This document shows positions 9,787-22,279 of a stretch of 64,000 bases of DNA, piece by piece. The stretch spans positions 62,084 to 126,083 of the forward strand of contig JBGSTJ010000008.1 of assembly GCA_041736555.1 (NCBI GenBank), read 5' to 3'. Origin of the DNA: Cyclobacteriaceae bacterium. GTDB lineage: Bacteria; Bacteroidota; Bacteroidia; Cytophagales; Cyclobacteriaceae. The position numbers and the translations under genes are program-made. Below the pieces are notes generated by a model. That model was not told the DNA's origin, made no database searches, and saw only the letters and a list, made by a program, of their open reading frames with translations. The stretch's first letter is position 1. Every line of letters begins with the position of its first letter.

Positions 9787-11154
9787 ATGCCAGCCCATTT
9801 TCCAGAGGATACTATCATTGCATTGGCAACCCCCCATGGGGTTAGTGGACTCGCTGTTGTTAGACTCTCCGGCAAGGATGCCATTCGAATTACACAACAG
9901 GTATTTCAAGGAAAGAAACTGGAAGATCAACCCTCCCATACCATTCATTTAGGTACAATAGGTATTGAAAAGCCAATCGATGAGGTAATGGTTTCAATTT
10001 TCAAAGAACCCAATTCATTCACCAAAGAAAATTCAATTGAGATTTCCTGTCATGGTTCGCCCATTGTTGTTCGCGAGATTATCAAGCTTTTCCTCAGACG
10101 TGGAGTAAGACTTGCAGAACCCGGTGAGTTTACCAAGCGGGCTTTTCTAAACGGACGGTTTGATCTTGCACAGGCCGAAGCTGTTGCCGACCTGATTCAT
10201 GCCGAAAATGACAACGCCCGGCAAGCAGCACTTAACCAGATGCGTGGTGGATTCTCCAAAGAGATAAAACACCTTCGCGAAGAACTCATCCATTTTGCCT
10301 CGTTAATTGAGCTCGAGCTTGATTTTGGTGAGGAGGACGTAGAGTTTGCGGGTCGTAAAGATCTGATTGCCTTGGTCGAAAAAATCCAGGCATACATAGC
10401 CAGTCTTATCACCTCCTTTGACCAAGGCAATGTTATTAAGAATGGGATTCCTACGGTGATAGCTGGTAAGCCCAATGCCGGGAAATCCACACTGCTCAAT
10501 GCATTGCTGAATGAAGAGAAAGCCATTGTCTCAGAAATCCCAGGCACCACCCGCGATGTTATTGAAGACGAGATCACATTAGGTGGAGTCACGTTCAGGT
10601 TTATGGATACAGCCGGACTTCGGGATACACAAGATGCCATTGAAGCCATCGGTGTTTCGCGTACCCGCGACCGAATGAAAAATGCTTCTTTGATTCTATA
10701 TATGTTCGATCTGTCGGATACCACTCTGGAGGAAATCAAGCGTGAAGAGGCTGAACTAAAAGCGCTGGCGATTCCATTTATTAAAGTAGGTAACAAATTG
10801 GACAAGGCACCTAAGGAGTTGATTAATAGCATTGATAATCAAGACTTTATATTGATTTCTGCGGCTACCAAAGTCAACCTTGAATCACTTAAGGAAAAGA
10901 TCCTATCGCGATTTACAATCCATGAAGTGAAGCAAGGTGATGTGTTAGTAACCAACTTACGTCACTATCAGATACTCACGGAAACCCAGCAAGCTTTGAG
11001 TCGTGTATTGGATGGATTGCATTCAGGTATAACCGGAGATTTTCTGGCTATGGACATACGTCAGTCGCTATTCCATCTGGGTGAGATCACCGGTGAGATT
11101 ACCAGTGATGATTTACTCGCAAATATTTTCGCAAATTTTTGCATAGGTAAATAA
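9787..11154 (+). CDS. mnmE: tRNA uridine-5-carboxymethylaminomethyl modification GTPase
   Basis: G1 motif GKPNAGKST, DTAG, NKLD, and the C-terminal CIGK tetrapeptide. Confidence 0.93.
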   Translation: MPAHFPEDTIIALATPHGVSGLAVVRLSGKDAIRITQQVFQGKKLEDQPSHTIHLGTIGIEKPIDEVMVSIFKEPNSFTKENSIEISCHGSPIVVREIIKLFLRRGVRLAEPGEFTKRAFLNGRFDLAQAEAVADLIHAENDNARQAALNQMRGGFSKEIKHLREELIHFASLIELELDFGEEDVEFAGRKDLIALVEKIQAYIASLITSFDQGNVIKNGIPTVIAGKPNAGKSTLLNALLNEEKAIVSEIPGTTRDVIEDEITLGGVTFRFMDTAGLRDTQDAIEAIGVSRTRDRMKNASLILYMFDLSDTTLEEIKREEAELKALAIPFIKVGNKLDKAPKELINSIDNQDFILISAATKVNLESLKEKILSRFTIHEVKQGDVLVTNLRHYQILTETQQALSRVLDGLHSGITGDFLAMDIRQSLFHLGEITGEITSDDLLANIFANFCIGK

Positions 11155-11236
11155 ATCTGTTAATTACATTTACATAGAGAATAATTCAATTACTCTGAAG
11201 TAAACGGTCAACCAAAAAAAATAAACAAACCACACC

Positions 11237-11608
11237 ATGGCAAAAAAAGCAAAAAAGGCAGCTAAAAAAGGAAAAGCAAAACCAAAGAAAGCCGCTAAAA
11301 AATCAACCAAGAAGTCAGCTAAAAAAGCTGCCAAGAAATCTGCTAAAAAAGCAGTGAAGAAGTCTGCTAAAAAAGTTGTAAAAAAAGCGGCTAAGAAATC
11401 GGCTAAAAAGGCAACTAAAAAAGCGGCCCCTAAAAAGGTGGTGAAGAAGGTTGCGAAAAAGAAAGTTGTTAAAAAATCAACGCCTAAACCTGCGGTGGTA
11501 AATACTCCAGCTCCTGCACCTGTAGTAATACCTACACCGATACCAACCCCTGAACCCCCTCCATCTACCTCAGAAAATTCAGGCGAAGGATCTGGATTTC
11601 CTCAATAA
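11237..11608 (+). CDS. histone H1-like Lys/Ala-rich DNA-binding protein with Pro/Thr-rich tail
   Basis: About 95 aa of AKKxxKKS repeats, followed by PKPAVVNTPAPAPVVIPTPIPTPEPPPS. Own terminator downstream. Confidence 0.75.
   Translation: MAKKAKKAAKKGKAKPKKAAKKSTKKSAKKAAKKSAKKAVKKSAKKVVKKAAKKSAKKATKKAAPKKVVKKVAKKKVVKKSTPKPAVVNTPAPAPVVIPTPIPTPEPPPSTSENSGEGSGFPQ
11294..11413 (+). repeat. in-frame 24-nt tandem periodicity inside the Lys/Ala-rich gene
   Basis: GCTAAAAAA-type unit starts at 11294, 11318, 11342, 11366 and 11390, exactly 24 nt apart. Confidence 0.8.
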
Positions 11609-11631
11609 TCTAGAAAAGCATTTTTATATCA

Positions 11632-11660
11632 GGGCGACCCAACAAGGGTCGCTCTTTTTT
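11632..11660 (+). terminator. rho-independent terminator
   Basis: GGGCGACCC, loop aacaa, GGGTCGCTC, then TTTTTT. Confidence 0.75.
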
Positions 11661-11795
11661 GTTATTGAATCTGGAGCCGCAATAAGGTTATTTACCCATA
11701 CATCTTTTTGATTTGGTATCTGGCTTATGAAATGGTAATTATTGGTAACTTGCTAGCTTAGCTCTTATAAACTTCAGCACTAAAAATTAACTACT

Positions 11796-12611
11796 ATGAA
11801 CAACCGCAGACTACCGCTTATCATTTTTGCAATCATTGCTTTCATCGTTATCCTGGCACTCTCATCAAGTTTATTTTATACGATCAGTGCAACGGAGCGG
11901 GCAGTTATGTTCTTTCCATTTGGTAAAGGGTTGGACAAGGACAATATTATAGGTCCTGGTACGCACATCAAGGCTCCCTGGAACGAGGTCTACCTTTACA
12001 AGGTGAACGAGATGTCATCCGAAGAAAATATGGATGTCCTGGATAAAAATGGTCTTTCCATACATATTGATATTACCGTGCGGTATTATCCCATTCCCGA
12101 TAAAATCGGATATATTCACGAGCAGTTTACTACGGACTATGAAGCAGTACTTGTAATTCCGGAAGTAAGATCAACCGTACGCCAGGTAATGGGCCGCTAC
12201 ACAGCCGAAGAAATTTATTCTACCAAAAGAGCTGAAGTCGAGACAGCTATCACAACCGAAACGGAAGCTATCCTGAATGCGAAAAATGTGCATGCTACGG
12301 CTGTGCTTATCCGTTCCATCATGTTGCCGGAGCAAATTAAAATGGCTATTGAGAATAAGTTGCAGCAGGAACAGGAAGCTCTTGCCTATCAATTCAGACT
12401 TGATAAGGAAAAGAGCGAGGCCGAGCGAAAAAGAATCGCTGCTGAAGGAGAATCAAGAGCCAACAACATTATCAACAATAGCTTAACTGACAAACTATTG
12501 AAAATGAGAGGTATAGAGGCCACACTTGAGTTATCTAAATCTCCCAATAGCAAAATCATTGTTGTGGGTTCAGGAAAAGACGGAATGCCGTTGATCTTGG
12601 GAAATAACTAA
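11796..12611 (+). CDS. SPFH/band 7 (prohibitin-family) membrane protein
   Basis: N-terminal TM anchor, SPFH core, then a coiled-coil region EQEALAYQFRLDKEKSEAERKRIAAEGE. Confidence 0.85.
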   Translation: MNNRRLPLIIFAIIAFIVILALSSSLFYTISATERAVMFFPFGKGLDKDNIIGPGTHIKAPWNEVYLYKVNEMSSEENMDVLDKNGLSIHIDITVRYYPIPDKIGYIHEQFTTDYEAVLVIPEVRSTVRQVMGRYTAEEIYSTKRAEVETAITTETEAILNAKNVHATAVLIRSIMLPEQIKMAIENKLQQEQEALAYQFRLDKEKSEAERKRIAAEGESRANNIINNSLTDKLLKMRGIEATLELSKSPNSKIIVVGSGKDGMPLILGNN

Positions 12612-12682
12612 TTCTTAAAAACTCATTTTTTTCTGAAAACCGAACCCTCTATCTTTAAATCGAACGTTTAAATATTTCACTC

Positions 12683-13969
12683 ATGGCGAAGACTGCTGAA
12701 TTGATTATCGATGGTAAATCATACAAGTTCCCGATAGTTGAGGGTACTGAAGGCGAGCAAGGTATTGACATCAGCAACCTGTTGGAAGAAACAGGTGCCG
12801 TTACCCTGGATTTTGGGTACAAGAATACCGGGGCAACAAAAAGCGCCATCACATTTCTGGATGGAGACAAGGGTATACTACGTTATCGTGGCTACTCGAT
12901 TGAAGACCTGGCTGCAAAATCGACATTCCTGGAAGTTTCCTACCTGCTGATCTTTGGAGAACTCCCTACCGCTGATCAACTCACCAAATTTTCTGATGAT
13001 ATCAAGAACCACACGATGGTTCATGAGGATATTAAGAAGATACTGGATGGTTTCCCGTCCTCATCCCACCCCATGGGTGTATTGGCTTCTCTTTTTTGTG
13101 CACAGACTGCCTTTTATCCCGAATCACTTGATCCAAACCGCTCGGTAGATGGGGTGTATCTGAGCATCGTAAGGTCTTTGGCTAAGATGCCCACGTTTGC
13201 CTCCTGGGCTTACAAAAATGAAGTTGGTCATCCGGTGAATTACCCTGATAATTCATTGGATTATTGTTCTCGGTTTTTGAAAATGATGTTTGCACTACCG
13301 GCTGAAAAATATGAGGTGGATCCTGTAGTTGCTGCAGCACTTGATAAGTTATTAATCCTTCATGCCGACCATGAACAAAATTGCTCTACCTCTACCGTTC
13401 GGATTGTTGGATCATCGAAGGCCAGCATTTACTCTTCAATTTCGGCCGGCATCAACGCCCTTTGGGGCCCTTTGCATGGAGGCGCGAATCAGGAAGTAAT
13501 CCTTATGCTGGAGCAAATTAAGAAAGACGGTGGCGACACTGATAAGTGGATTGCGAAAGCAAAGGATAAAAACGATCCATTCCGTTTAATGGGTTTTGGT
13601 CATCGTGTGTACAAGAACTTCGACCCACGTGCCAAGATCATAAAGAAGGCCGCTGATGATGTACTTGAAAAACTAGGCGTTAATGATCCGACTCTTGAAA
13701 TAGCCATGAAACTGGAAGAGATCGCGTTAAAGGATCCTTATTTCATCGAACGCAAACTTTATCCTAATGTGGATTTTTACTCGGGCATCATTTACAGAGC
13801 GCTAGGCATTCCGGTTGATATGTTTACCGTTATGTTTGCCATTGGTCGCTTGCCGGGCTGGATTGCACAATGGAAGGAGTTACGCGAGAACAAAGAACCG
13901 ATTGGCAGACCGCGTCAGATTTATACAGGCCAAAATTTAAGGCCCTATGTTGCCTTGAATAAGAGATAA
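12683..13969 (+). CDS. gltA: citrate synthase
   Basis: Full-length type II citrate synthase, with GFGHRVYKNFDPRA and the catalytic-His context LHADHEQN. Confidence 0.95.
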   Translation: MAKTAELIIDGKSYKFPIVEGTEGEQGIDISNLLEETGAVTLDFGYKNTGATKSAITFLDGDKGILRYRGYSIEDLAAKSTFLEVSYLLIFGELPTADQLTKFSDDIKNHTMVHEDIKKILDGFPSSSHPMGVLASLFCAQTAFYPESLDPNRSVDGVYLSIVRSLAKMPTFASWAYKNEVGHPVNYPDNSLDYCSRFLKMMFALPAEKYEVDPVVAAALDKLLILHADHEQNCSTSTVRIVGSSKASIYSSISAGINALWGPLHGGANQEVILMLEQIKKDGGDTDKWIAKAKDKNDPFRLMGFGHRVYKNFDPRAKIIKKAADDVLEKLGVNDPTLEIAMKLEEIALKDPYFIERKLYPNVDFYSGIIYRALGIPVDMFTVMFAIGRLPGWIAQWKELRENKEPIGRPRQIYTGQNLRPYVALNKR

Positions 13970-13996
13970 AATATACTCACAACAAGTATCTTTAAG

Positions 13997-14019
13997 GGCT
14001 GGTTGATCCAGCCTTTTTT
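13997..14019 (+). terminator. rho-independent terminator
   Basis: GGCTGG, loop ttgat, CCAGCC, then TTTTTT. Confidence 0.65.
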
Positions 14020-14043
14020 GTTCCACCAATAATCAAAAATTCT

Positions 14044-14307
14044 ATGGCACTTCAAGACGACTTTCAGGCAGCCGTTTCACGATCTAAAGAACTTACCAAA
14101 CGACCCTCCAACGAAGAGTTACTCGACTTGTATGCTTTGTTTAAACAAGCCACCGATGGCGATGTAAGTGGCGAGCGTCCCGGAGGCTTTGACTTTAAAG
14201 CCATTGCCAAGTATGACGCCTGGGCCTCCCGCAAAGGAGCAACAAAAGAAAAGGCGATGGAAGATTATATAGCCTTGGTAACTAAGCTTCATCAAACTTA
14301 CGCCTGA
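14044..14307 (+). CDS. acyl-CoA-binding protein (ACBP)
   Basis: 87 aa with the ACBP signature context P.NEELLDLYALFKQAT.GD and KYDAW. Confidence 0.85.
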   Translation: MALQDDFQAAVSRSKELTKRPSNEELLDLYALFKQATDGDVSGERPGGFDFKAIAKYDAWASRKGATKEKAMEDYIALVTKLHQTYA

Positions 14308-14310
14308 GCG

Positions 14311-17036
<2,726 letters not shown>

Positions 17037-17088
17037 ATCAATCCTGCCCTTTCAACTCAACCTTGAACTTTTTTATTAGCTTTCGGCC

Positions 17089-17598
17089 ATGTTTAAAATG
17101 AACTTCCTGAAAATGCGGACGGAGACCGCATTGAAAAAAAATAAAACTCAGCGAGCCAGCAAACCCTACAAAAAAGCTGACTCAATCGGTATTATTTTTA
17201 GCGTGGAGGACAAACAAAAACATCTTGATGTTAAAGAGTTTATTCACCAATTAGAGAAGGATGGTAAAAAAGTGCAGGTTCTAGAATATCTCCCGTTAAA
17301 AAAGGAAAACTACGAGTTTAAGTTTGACTTTTTTACCATGGAAGATCTTTCCTTTTGGGGTAAACTAGAAACGCCCGCTACAGATAAGTTTATTGAAACC
17401 CCTTTTGATTATTTGTTTTACCTGGACAAACAATCCAATCCATTGGTTCTTAATTTACTGGCACGCAGTAAAGCTCAGTGTCGCATTGGTCGTTATAATG
17501 AAAATGAAAGTCAATTCTACGAACTGATGATTGAACAGAATGGTACTAACAAGGGGCTTATGGAAACCATGTATAATTATACAAGTCAATTGAGATAA
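17089..17598 (+). CDS. hypothetical protein
   Basis: 169-aa ORF between ligA and dapA. No motif recognised. Confidence 0.55.
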   Translation: MFKMNFLKMRTETALKKNKTQRASKPYKKADSIGIIFSVEDKQKHLDVKEFIHQLEKDGKKVQVLEYLPLKKENYEFKFDFFTMEDLSFWGKLETPATDKFIETPFDYLFYLDKQSNPLVLNLLARSKAQCRIGRYNENESQFYELMIEQNGTNKGLMETMYNYTSQLR

Positions 17599-17600
17599 TA

Positions 17601-18470
17601 ATGAAAAAGTTATATGGAACCGGTGTTGCCTTAGTTACACCCATGAATGAACAAGGGGACATTGATTATAAGTCGATAAAGAAACTCTTACGCCATACTG
17701 CCAAAGGAGCAGACTATTTTGTGGTCATGGGTACAACGGGAGAATCGGCAACACTCAGCAAAGAGGAAAAAAAACAAGTGCTCGCTTTTGTACGGAACAA
17801 CAATCCCGGAAATCTTCCTATTGTGTATGGTATAGGAGGCAACAATACGCTCAGCGTGTTGGACGAAATTAAGTCGACCAATCTACAGGGAGTTGATGCG
17901 TTGTTAACAGTAAGTCCGTATTACAACAAACCTTCACAGGAAGGAATTTATCAGCACTTTAAAGCGATAGCCCAAACATCACCCATTCCGGTTATACTTT
18001 ATAACGTGCCCGGCCGTACCGCTTGCAATCTAACAGCTAAAACAACGCTTCGTTTGGCTAACCTTAAAAATATCATTGGCGTGAAGGAGGCTTCGGGAAA
18101 CCTGGAACAATGCATGATGATCGCTAAGAATAAACCAGCAGACTTTCTACTGATTTCCGGTGACGATTTGCTAACGCTTCCGATCTATTCAATTGGCGGA
18201 GTTGGGGTAATCTCTGTGTTGGCGAATGCACTGCCGAAAGTTTTCTTAAAGATCAAAGAGTATACCATGGCCGGAAATCTTCCCAAAGCACAGCTTGAGC
18301 AATTCAAAATACTTGAGATCAATGGTCCTATGTACGAAGAAGGAAATCCTGTAGGTGTTAAATATCTATTAAGTCTGATGGGTATTTGTAAGGCTCAAGT
18401 CCGGTTGCCCCTTGTAGAAGCATCCAAAGCGCTAAAGGAGAAGATCAATTTCCAATTTAAAAACCTATAG
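17601..18470 (+). CDS. dapA: 4-hydroxy-tetrahydrodipicolinate synthase
   Basis: GTGVALVTP, GTTGES and YNVPGRT motifs, with the Schiff-base Lys context GVKEAS. Confidence 0.92.
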   Translation: MKKLYGTGVALVTPMNEQGDIDYKSIKKLLRHTAKGADYFVVMGTTGESATLSKEEKKQVLAFVRNNNPGNLPIVYGIGGNNTLSVLDEIKSTNLQGVDALLTVSPYYNKPSQEGIYQHFKAIAQTSPIPVILYNVPGRTACNLTAKTTLRLANLKNIIGVKEASGNLEQCMMIAKNKPADFLLISGDDLLTLPIYSIGGVGVISVLANALPKVFLKIKEYTMAGNLPKAQLEQFKILEINGPMYEEGNPVGVKYLLSLMGICKAQVRLPLVEASKALKEKINFQFKNL

Positions 18471-18489
18471 ATTTCCTAGAAGAAAACTA

Positions 18490-21400
18490 TTACCGTTTTA
18501 TGGTAATGTATCCCGTTAATTCGCTCGGATTACTGCCTAGATACAAGACCTTATAGAAGTAAACGCCTGACGGAAGTTCTTTGCCATTGGTTTGTTTGCC
18601 TTCAAATCGTTTGGAGTCATTGTTATAATTATCCATATCAAATACCTTATCTCCCCATCGGTTAAAAACCATTACCCTATTTATTGGTTCAATAAATTGA
18701 ATGTTCTCAATTCTAAAATAATCATTCCTACCGTCTCCATTGGGTGATATACCATTATAGACAACAATCTCACCTTCTACTTCAATTTGTAAAACCAGTT
18801 GCGAACATGCACCTGCCAAATCACACACCTGAATGGTGATCATATCTGTGCCAACAAAAGAAACATTGGAATAATCTATAACCAGATTAAAATTTGAATC
18901 GAACGAAACACTGGCATTGCTTGATGGTCCTTTAAAAATCTGTACTGAGTTAAAATCAATATTATCATTGACATCACCAATGATGCTGCCAAATGGAACA
19001 GTAATCGATTGCCCCGCCATAATAGTGATCGGGATACCAGGTGTGATAAGTACAGGAGCTTCATTCTGAATAGACACACTGACAACCCCATCACTGCAAA
19101 GATTACACTGATTGCAAATCCGGTACGCGAAGGAATCGGGGCCTACAGTTCCTGGAAGTGCCGTATACTCCATGGTGTTGTCCGCATTAATAATCACATT
19201 TCCTTTTGTGGGTACCTGCAAGAGTGAGGTTGTAATTACATCACCCGGGTTTAAAATCGCCAGAGAAATAGCATTAATCGAAATAGATTGACCAACAGTA
19301 CTTTGAATAATGGGTGAACCCGCGCTTATCGGTTGGTTAACGGTTATCAATACTTCGTCTTCAACTTGTGGACAGGGTGCATTCGCGACTACCGTAAGGG
19401 TAAATATAATTGAACCCAAGAGCTCATCTGCAACACTGGGTGTATACGTTGCATTGAGAAGTGTAGCATCATCAAAAGAACCCGTTCCGTTAGTTGACCA
19501 CTCGGCCACGGTTGCACTGCCGCCCAACGTACCGGTTAAAATAATACCTGTACCAGGACAAACGAACTGATCTACTCCTGCATTTACAGTTGGCAAAATA
19601 GTGCAGGTAGATGGAGTAACTATTCCGAAAATTCCAAACACAAAGGTGCCTTCGTCTGCATCACTGTTTGCAATGGTGATTGTCTCACTGAAGGTACCTG
19701 CATTGGCACCACTTAATATTACACTGATGGTTTCTGTTGCACAAGGTGCAATCGAAACAGGAGGTATTGATAATAAACTAAAGGCTGATCCCGTGAACGA
19801 AATATTCGTTATTGTTAGCGGACTGGTTCCCTGATTCCGAATTGTAAACTGGCGAATAACATCGGTACCTTGCAGCTCTGATCCAAAATCCAAACCAATA
19901 ACCTGTCCACTGGTAATGGATGCACCTGTTGTGGTAGGTCCTTCGAAGACAGAAATTTCATTTCCCGTACAATTTAAACCTGCATCACTTATTGTCCAGC
20001 CATAGGAAGTAATGATCGTATTTCTGGCCGTCTCCCCATTGCAATAAAAAACACCGGTTGCTCCCAGGGCAATTCCATTCTGCAAAGAAGGTAATGAAGC
20101 CCAACCAATCAATGTTTGATCGTAGTTACATATTGAAACCCCGGAAGTATTGAACATCCCAGTCATGTTGGTAACATTGGATACATCCCAACTACCCAAA
20201 TCCTGGTCAAATGCAAGTGTAAGATTAAACATACCACCCATATTGGTTACACTACTTACATTCCACGAACTTATATCCTGATTAAATGCATTGGCATTAT
20301 TAAACATATTACCCATAAAGATGACGTTGCTCACATCCCAGCTACCGATGTCTTGATTAAATACCTGTGCACTGGCAAACATGGAAGTCATGTCCGTTAC
20401 GTTGCTGACATTCCAAGTGCCAATGGGTTGGTTAAAAATACTCCCTGAGAAGGTTGACCGCATCGTTGTAACCGTGCTGACATCCCAGGCACTGATATCC
20501 TGATTAAAAGCAGAAAAAGTAAAGGTGCTATTCAGGTTCGTAAGACTAGCTAAGTTCCAGTTACTAATATCCTGATTGAAACCCGAAAAGCTGAACGTGG
20601 CATTGAGGGTTGTCACATTGCTTACATCCCACGCTCCAATATCATGATTAAACGCACTCGCATTTCTGAACATAGAGCTCATGTTTGTTACGTTACTGAC
20701 ATTCCAGTTGTCAATCGCGCCATTGAAAACAAAAGCACCTTCAAACATAGATGCCATGTTGGTTACACTGCTCACGTTCCAACTATTCAGGTTTTGATTG
20801 AAACTATCTGCATTTTCAAACATCCGTTGCATATTGGTAACACTGCTCACGTTCCAGGCATCCAGCGGTTGGTTAAAGTCTCTTTCGCCACTAAACATGG
20901 AAAACATGTTGACTACATTACTCACATTCCAACCACTAATATCTTGGTTAAAGATATTGGCTATAACAAACATGCTGGACATATCGGTAACATTGGCCGT
21001 ATTCCAGGCACCAATATTCTGATTGAAGGAAGTACAAAAAACAAACATCTCGGTCATGGTAGTAACATTACTCACATCCCATGTCGTTATATCCCCATTG
21101 AACGCGAAGGCATTTCGAAACATGGAACCCATGTTGGTTACATTGCCAACATCCCAACCTGATAAGTCCTGATTAAACACATCGGCTCCGAAAAAAATGG
21201 AGTTCATATTGGTGACATTGCTGACGTTCCAATTGTTGAGGGGTTGGTTAAAGGATGTGGCGCCATTAAACAAAAGGCTCATGTTTGTGATGCTGCTTAC
21301 ATTCCAACTGTTAATGTCCTGGTTTAGAGAGGTAGCCCCGCGAAACATTGAAGCCATGTCTGTTACACCTGATAAATCGGGTGAATCCGTTGCATTTAGT

Positions 21401-21807
21401 ACCAGGTTCTGACACCCACGAAAAGCGGAATTCATGGAAGTCCAGGCAATATTGCCCCATTGCTCAACGCTTAATATTTTATTTCTATCGCCACCGCCAC
21501 TAAAAAAAATACGTGGAAAGGATCCTGATATTTCGACACGATACGTTCCAGCTACCGGAAAAGTAATGGTCGTACTTCCTGTAATTCCTGCTAACGTTCC
21601 ATTGTTTGCGGGAACTCCTACTTCGGCCCATACAACATTATATAAATAGCCACCGCCAGTAGTAGGTATTGTGATCTGTACGGGACTTGAGGTGCCCGGG
21701 TTATCCGTTTTCCAGGTTGTAATAAAATTTTGCGCCTGGTTTACTATAGGAAATAATACAACGATAAAAAGTGTATTAACCAGCCTAATTAAGAATACTT
21801 TATCCAT
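18490..21807 (-). CDS. BspA/DUF285-repeat surface protein with T9SS type B (gliding-motility) C-terminal sorting domain
   Basis: Signal peptide, then about 18 repeats of F..A..FNQDIS.W(N/D)VSNVTNM..MF, then Ig-like middle region. C-terminus is SPNGDGRNDYF...VFNRWGDKVF...LPSGVYFYKV. Confidence 0.85.
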   Translation of the reverse strand: MDKVFLIRLVNTLFIVVLFPIVNQAQNFITTWKTDNPGTSSPVQITIPTTGGGYLYNVVWAEVGVPANNGTLAGITGSTTITFPVAGTYRVEISGSFPRIFFSGGGDRNKILSVEQWGNIAWTSMNSAFRGCQNLVLNATDSPDLSGVTDMASMFRGATSLNQDINSWNVSSITNMSLLFNGATSFNQPLNNWNVSNVTNMNSIFFGADVFNQDLSGWDVGNVTNMGSMFRNAFAFNGDITTWDVSNVTTMTEMFVFCTSFNQNIGAWNTANVTDMSSMFVIANIFNQDISGWNVSNVVNMFSMFSGERDFNQPLDAWNVSSVTNMQRMFENADSFNQNLNSWNVSSVTNMASMFEGAFVFNGAIDNWNVSNVTNMSSMFRNASAFNHDIGAWDVSNVTTLNATFSFSGFNQDISNWNLASLTNLNSTFTFSAFNQDISAWDVSTVTTMRSTFSGSIFNQPIGTWNVSNVTDMTSMFASAQVFNQDIGSWDVSNVIFMGNMFNNANAFNQDISSWNVSSVTNMGGMFNLTLAFDQDLGSWDVSNVTNMTGMFNTSGVSICNYDQTLIGWASLPSLQNGIALGATGVFYCNGETARNTIITSYGWTISDAGLNCTGNEISVFEGPTTTGASITSGQVIGLDFGSELQGTDVIRQFTIRNQGTSPLTITNISFTGSAFSLLSIPPVSIAPCATETISVILSGANAGTFSETITIANSDADEGTFVFGIFGIVTPSTCTILPTVNAGVDQFVCPGTGIILTGTLGGSATVAEWSTNGTGSFDDATLLNATYTPSVADELLGSIIFTLTVVANAPCPQVEDEVLITVNQPISAGSPIIQSTVGQSISINAISLAILNPGDVITTSLLQVPTKGNVIINADNTMEYTALPGTVGPDSFAYRICNQCNLCSDGVVSVSIQNEAPVLITPGIPITIMAGQSITVPFGSIIGDVNDNIDFNSVQIFKGPSSNASVSFDSNFNLVIDYSNVSFVGTDMITIQVCDLAGACSQLVLQIEVEGEIVVYNGISPNGDGRNDYFRIENIQFIEPINRVMVFNRWGDKVFDMDNYNNDSKRFEGKQTNGKELPSGVYFYKVLYLGSNPSELTGYITIKR
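20127..21447 (-). repeat. coding tandem array of ~24-25-codon DUF285-type repeats
   Basis: Periodic W(N/D)VS(N/S)VTNM motif in the translated sequence. Boundaries are approximate. Confidence 0.75.
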
Positions 21808-21946
21808 GGAGAGATATTAAAAAAATCTTTAAAAACTTAAAGAAAAGGCTTGACGATAAAAGATCAAATAAAAAAAGAGGGTGATTTTGATTGCTGACGC
21901 TGACAATTATTCCATAATTCTTATCTAAACTGAAACCATTATCCAT

Positions 21947-21973
21947 AAAAAAGGCTGAATCAACGATTCAGCC
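21947..21973 (-). terminator. rho-independent terminator of the small histone-like gene
   Basis: GGCTGAATC, loop aac, GATTCAGCC, with an A-run on the plus strand that is a U-run for the minus-strand transcript. Confidence 0.7.
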
Positions 21974-21998
21974 TTTTTTATTCAGAAGACCACATCAA

Positions 21999-22193
21999 TT
22001 ATTCACCACCTCCACCACCATCTTTATTCTTCAATTCCTGTACTTCCTGACGGATTGCCTGAGCAGCATTCTTAAGATCCTGCATGCCTTTTCTGATACG
22101 AGTACCAGCAGCGCTATTTCCTTTGTTGTAGAACTTATCAGCATCGCCTTCCAGTGACGCAATTAGAGTCTTTAGTTCTTCAAATTTTTTCAT
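21999..22193 (-). CDS. small Bacteroidota 'histone H1'-family protein
   Basis: Start moved to MKKFEEL. KGN.AAGTRIRK..QDLKN resembles the ~60-aa proteins annotated histone H1 in Bacteroidota. Ends in GGGGGE. Confidence 0.7.
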   Translation of the reverse strand: MKKFEELKTLIASLEGDADKFYNKGNSAAGTRIRKGMQDLKNAAQAIRQEVQELKNKDGGGGGE

Positions 22194-22279
22194 TTTTATC
22201 GGATGTTTAGATTTAAAAAATTGATTTCGTAATGCCAATTTAAGGAAAAACCTTTAAAAACTACCTAAAAACCCATTTT

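Noticed and set aside
10197-10832. 211-aa minus-strand ORF inside mnmE. Similar long antisense ORFs occur in alaS (47513..47974), the adaptor gene (30654..31184), the LRR gene (38616..39107) and the desaturase gene (849..1373).
   Set aside because: These are shadow ORFs opposite well-supported conserved genes. They have low-complexity Ser/Ile-rich composition and no motifs.
20644-21162. 172-aa plus-strand ORF with its own striking periodicity (H.GY..H.P repeats), antisense to the BspA-like gene
   Set aside because: It is the mirror image of the DUF285 repeat array. The periodicity is inherited from the sense strand, which carries a signal peptide, known repeat motifs and a T9SS domain.
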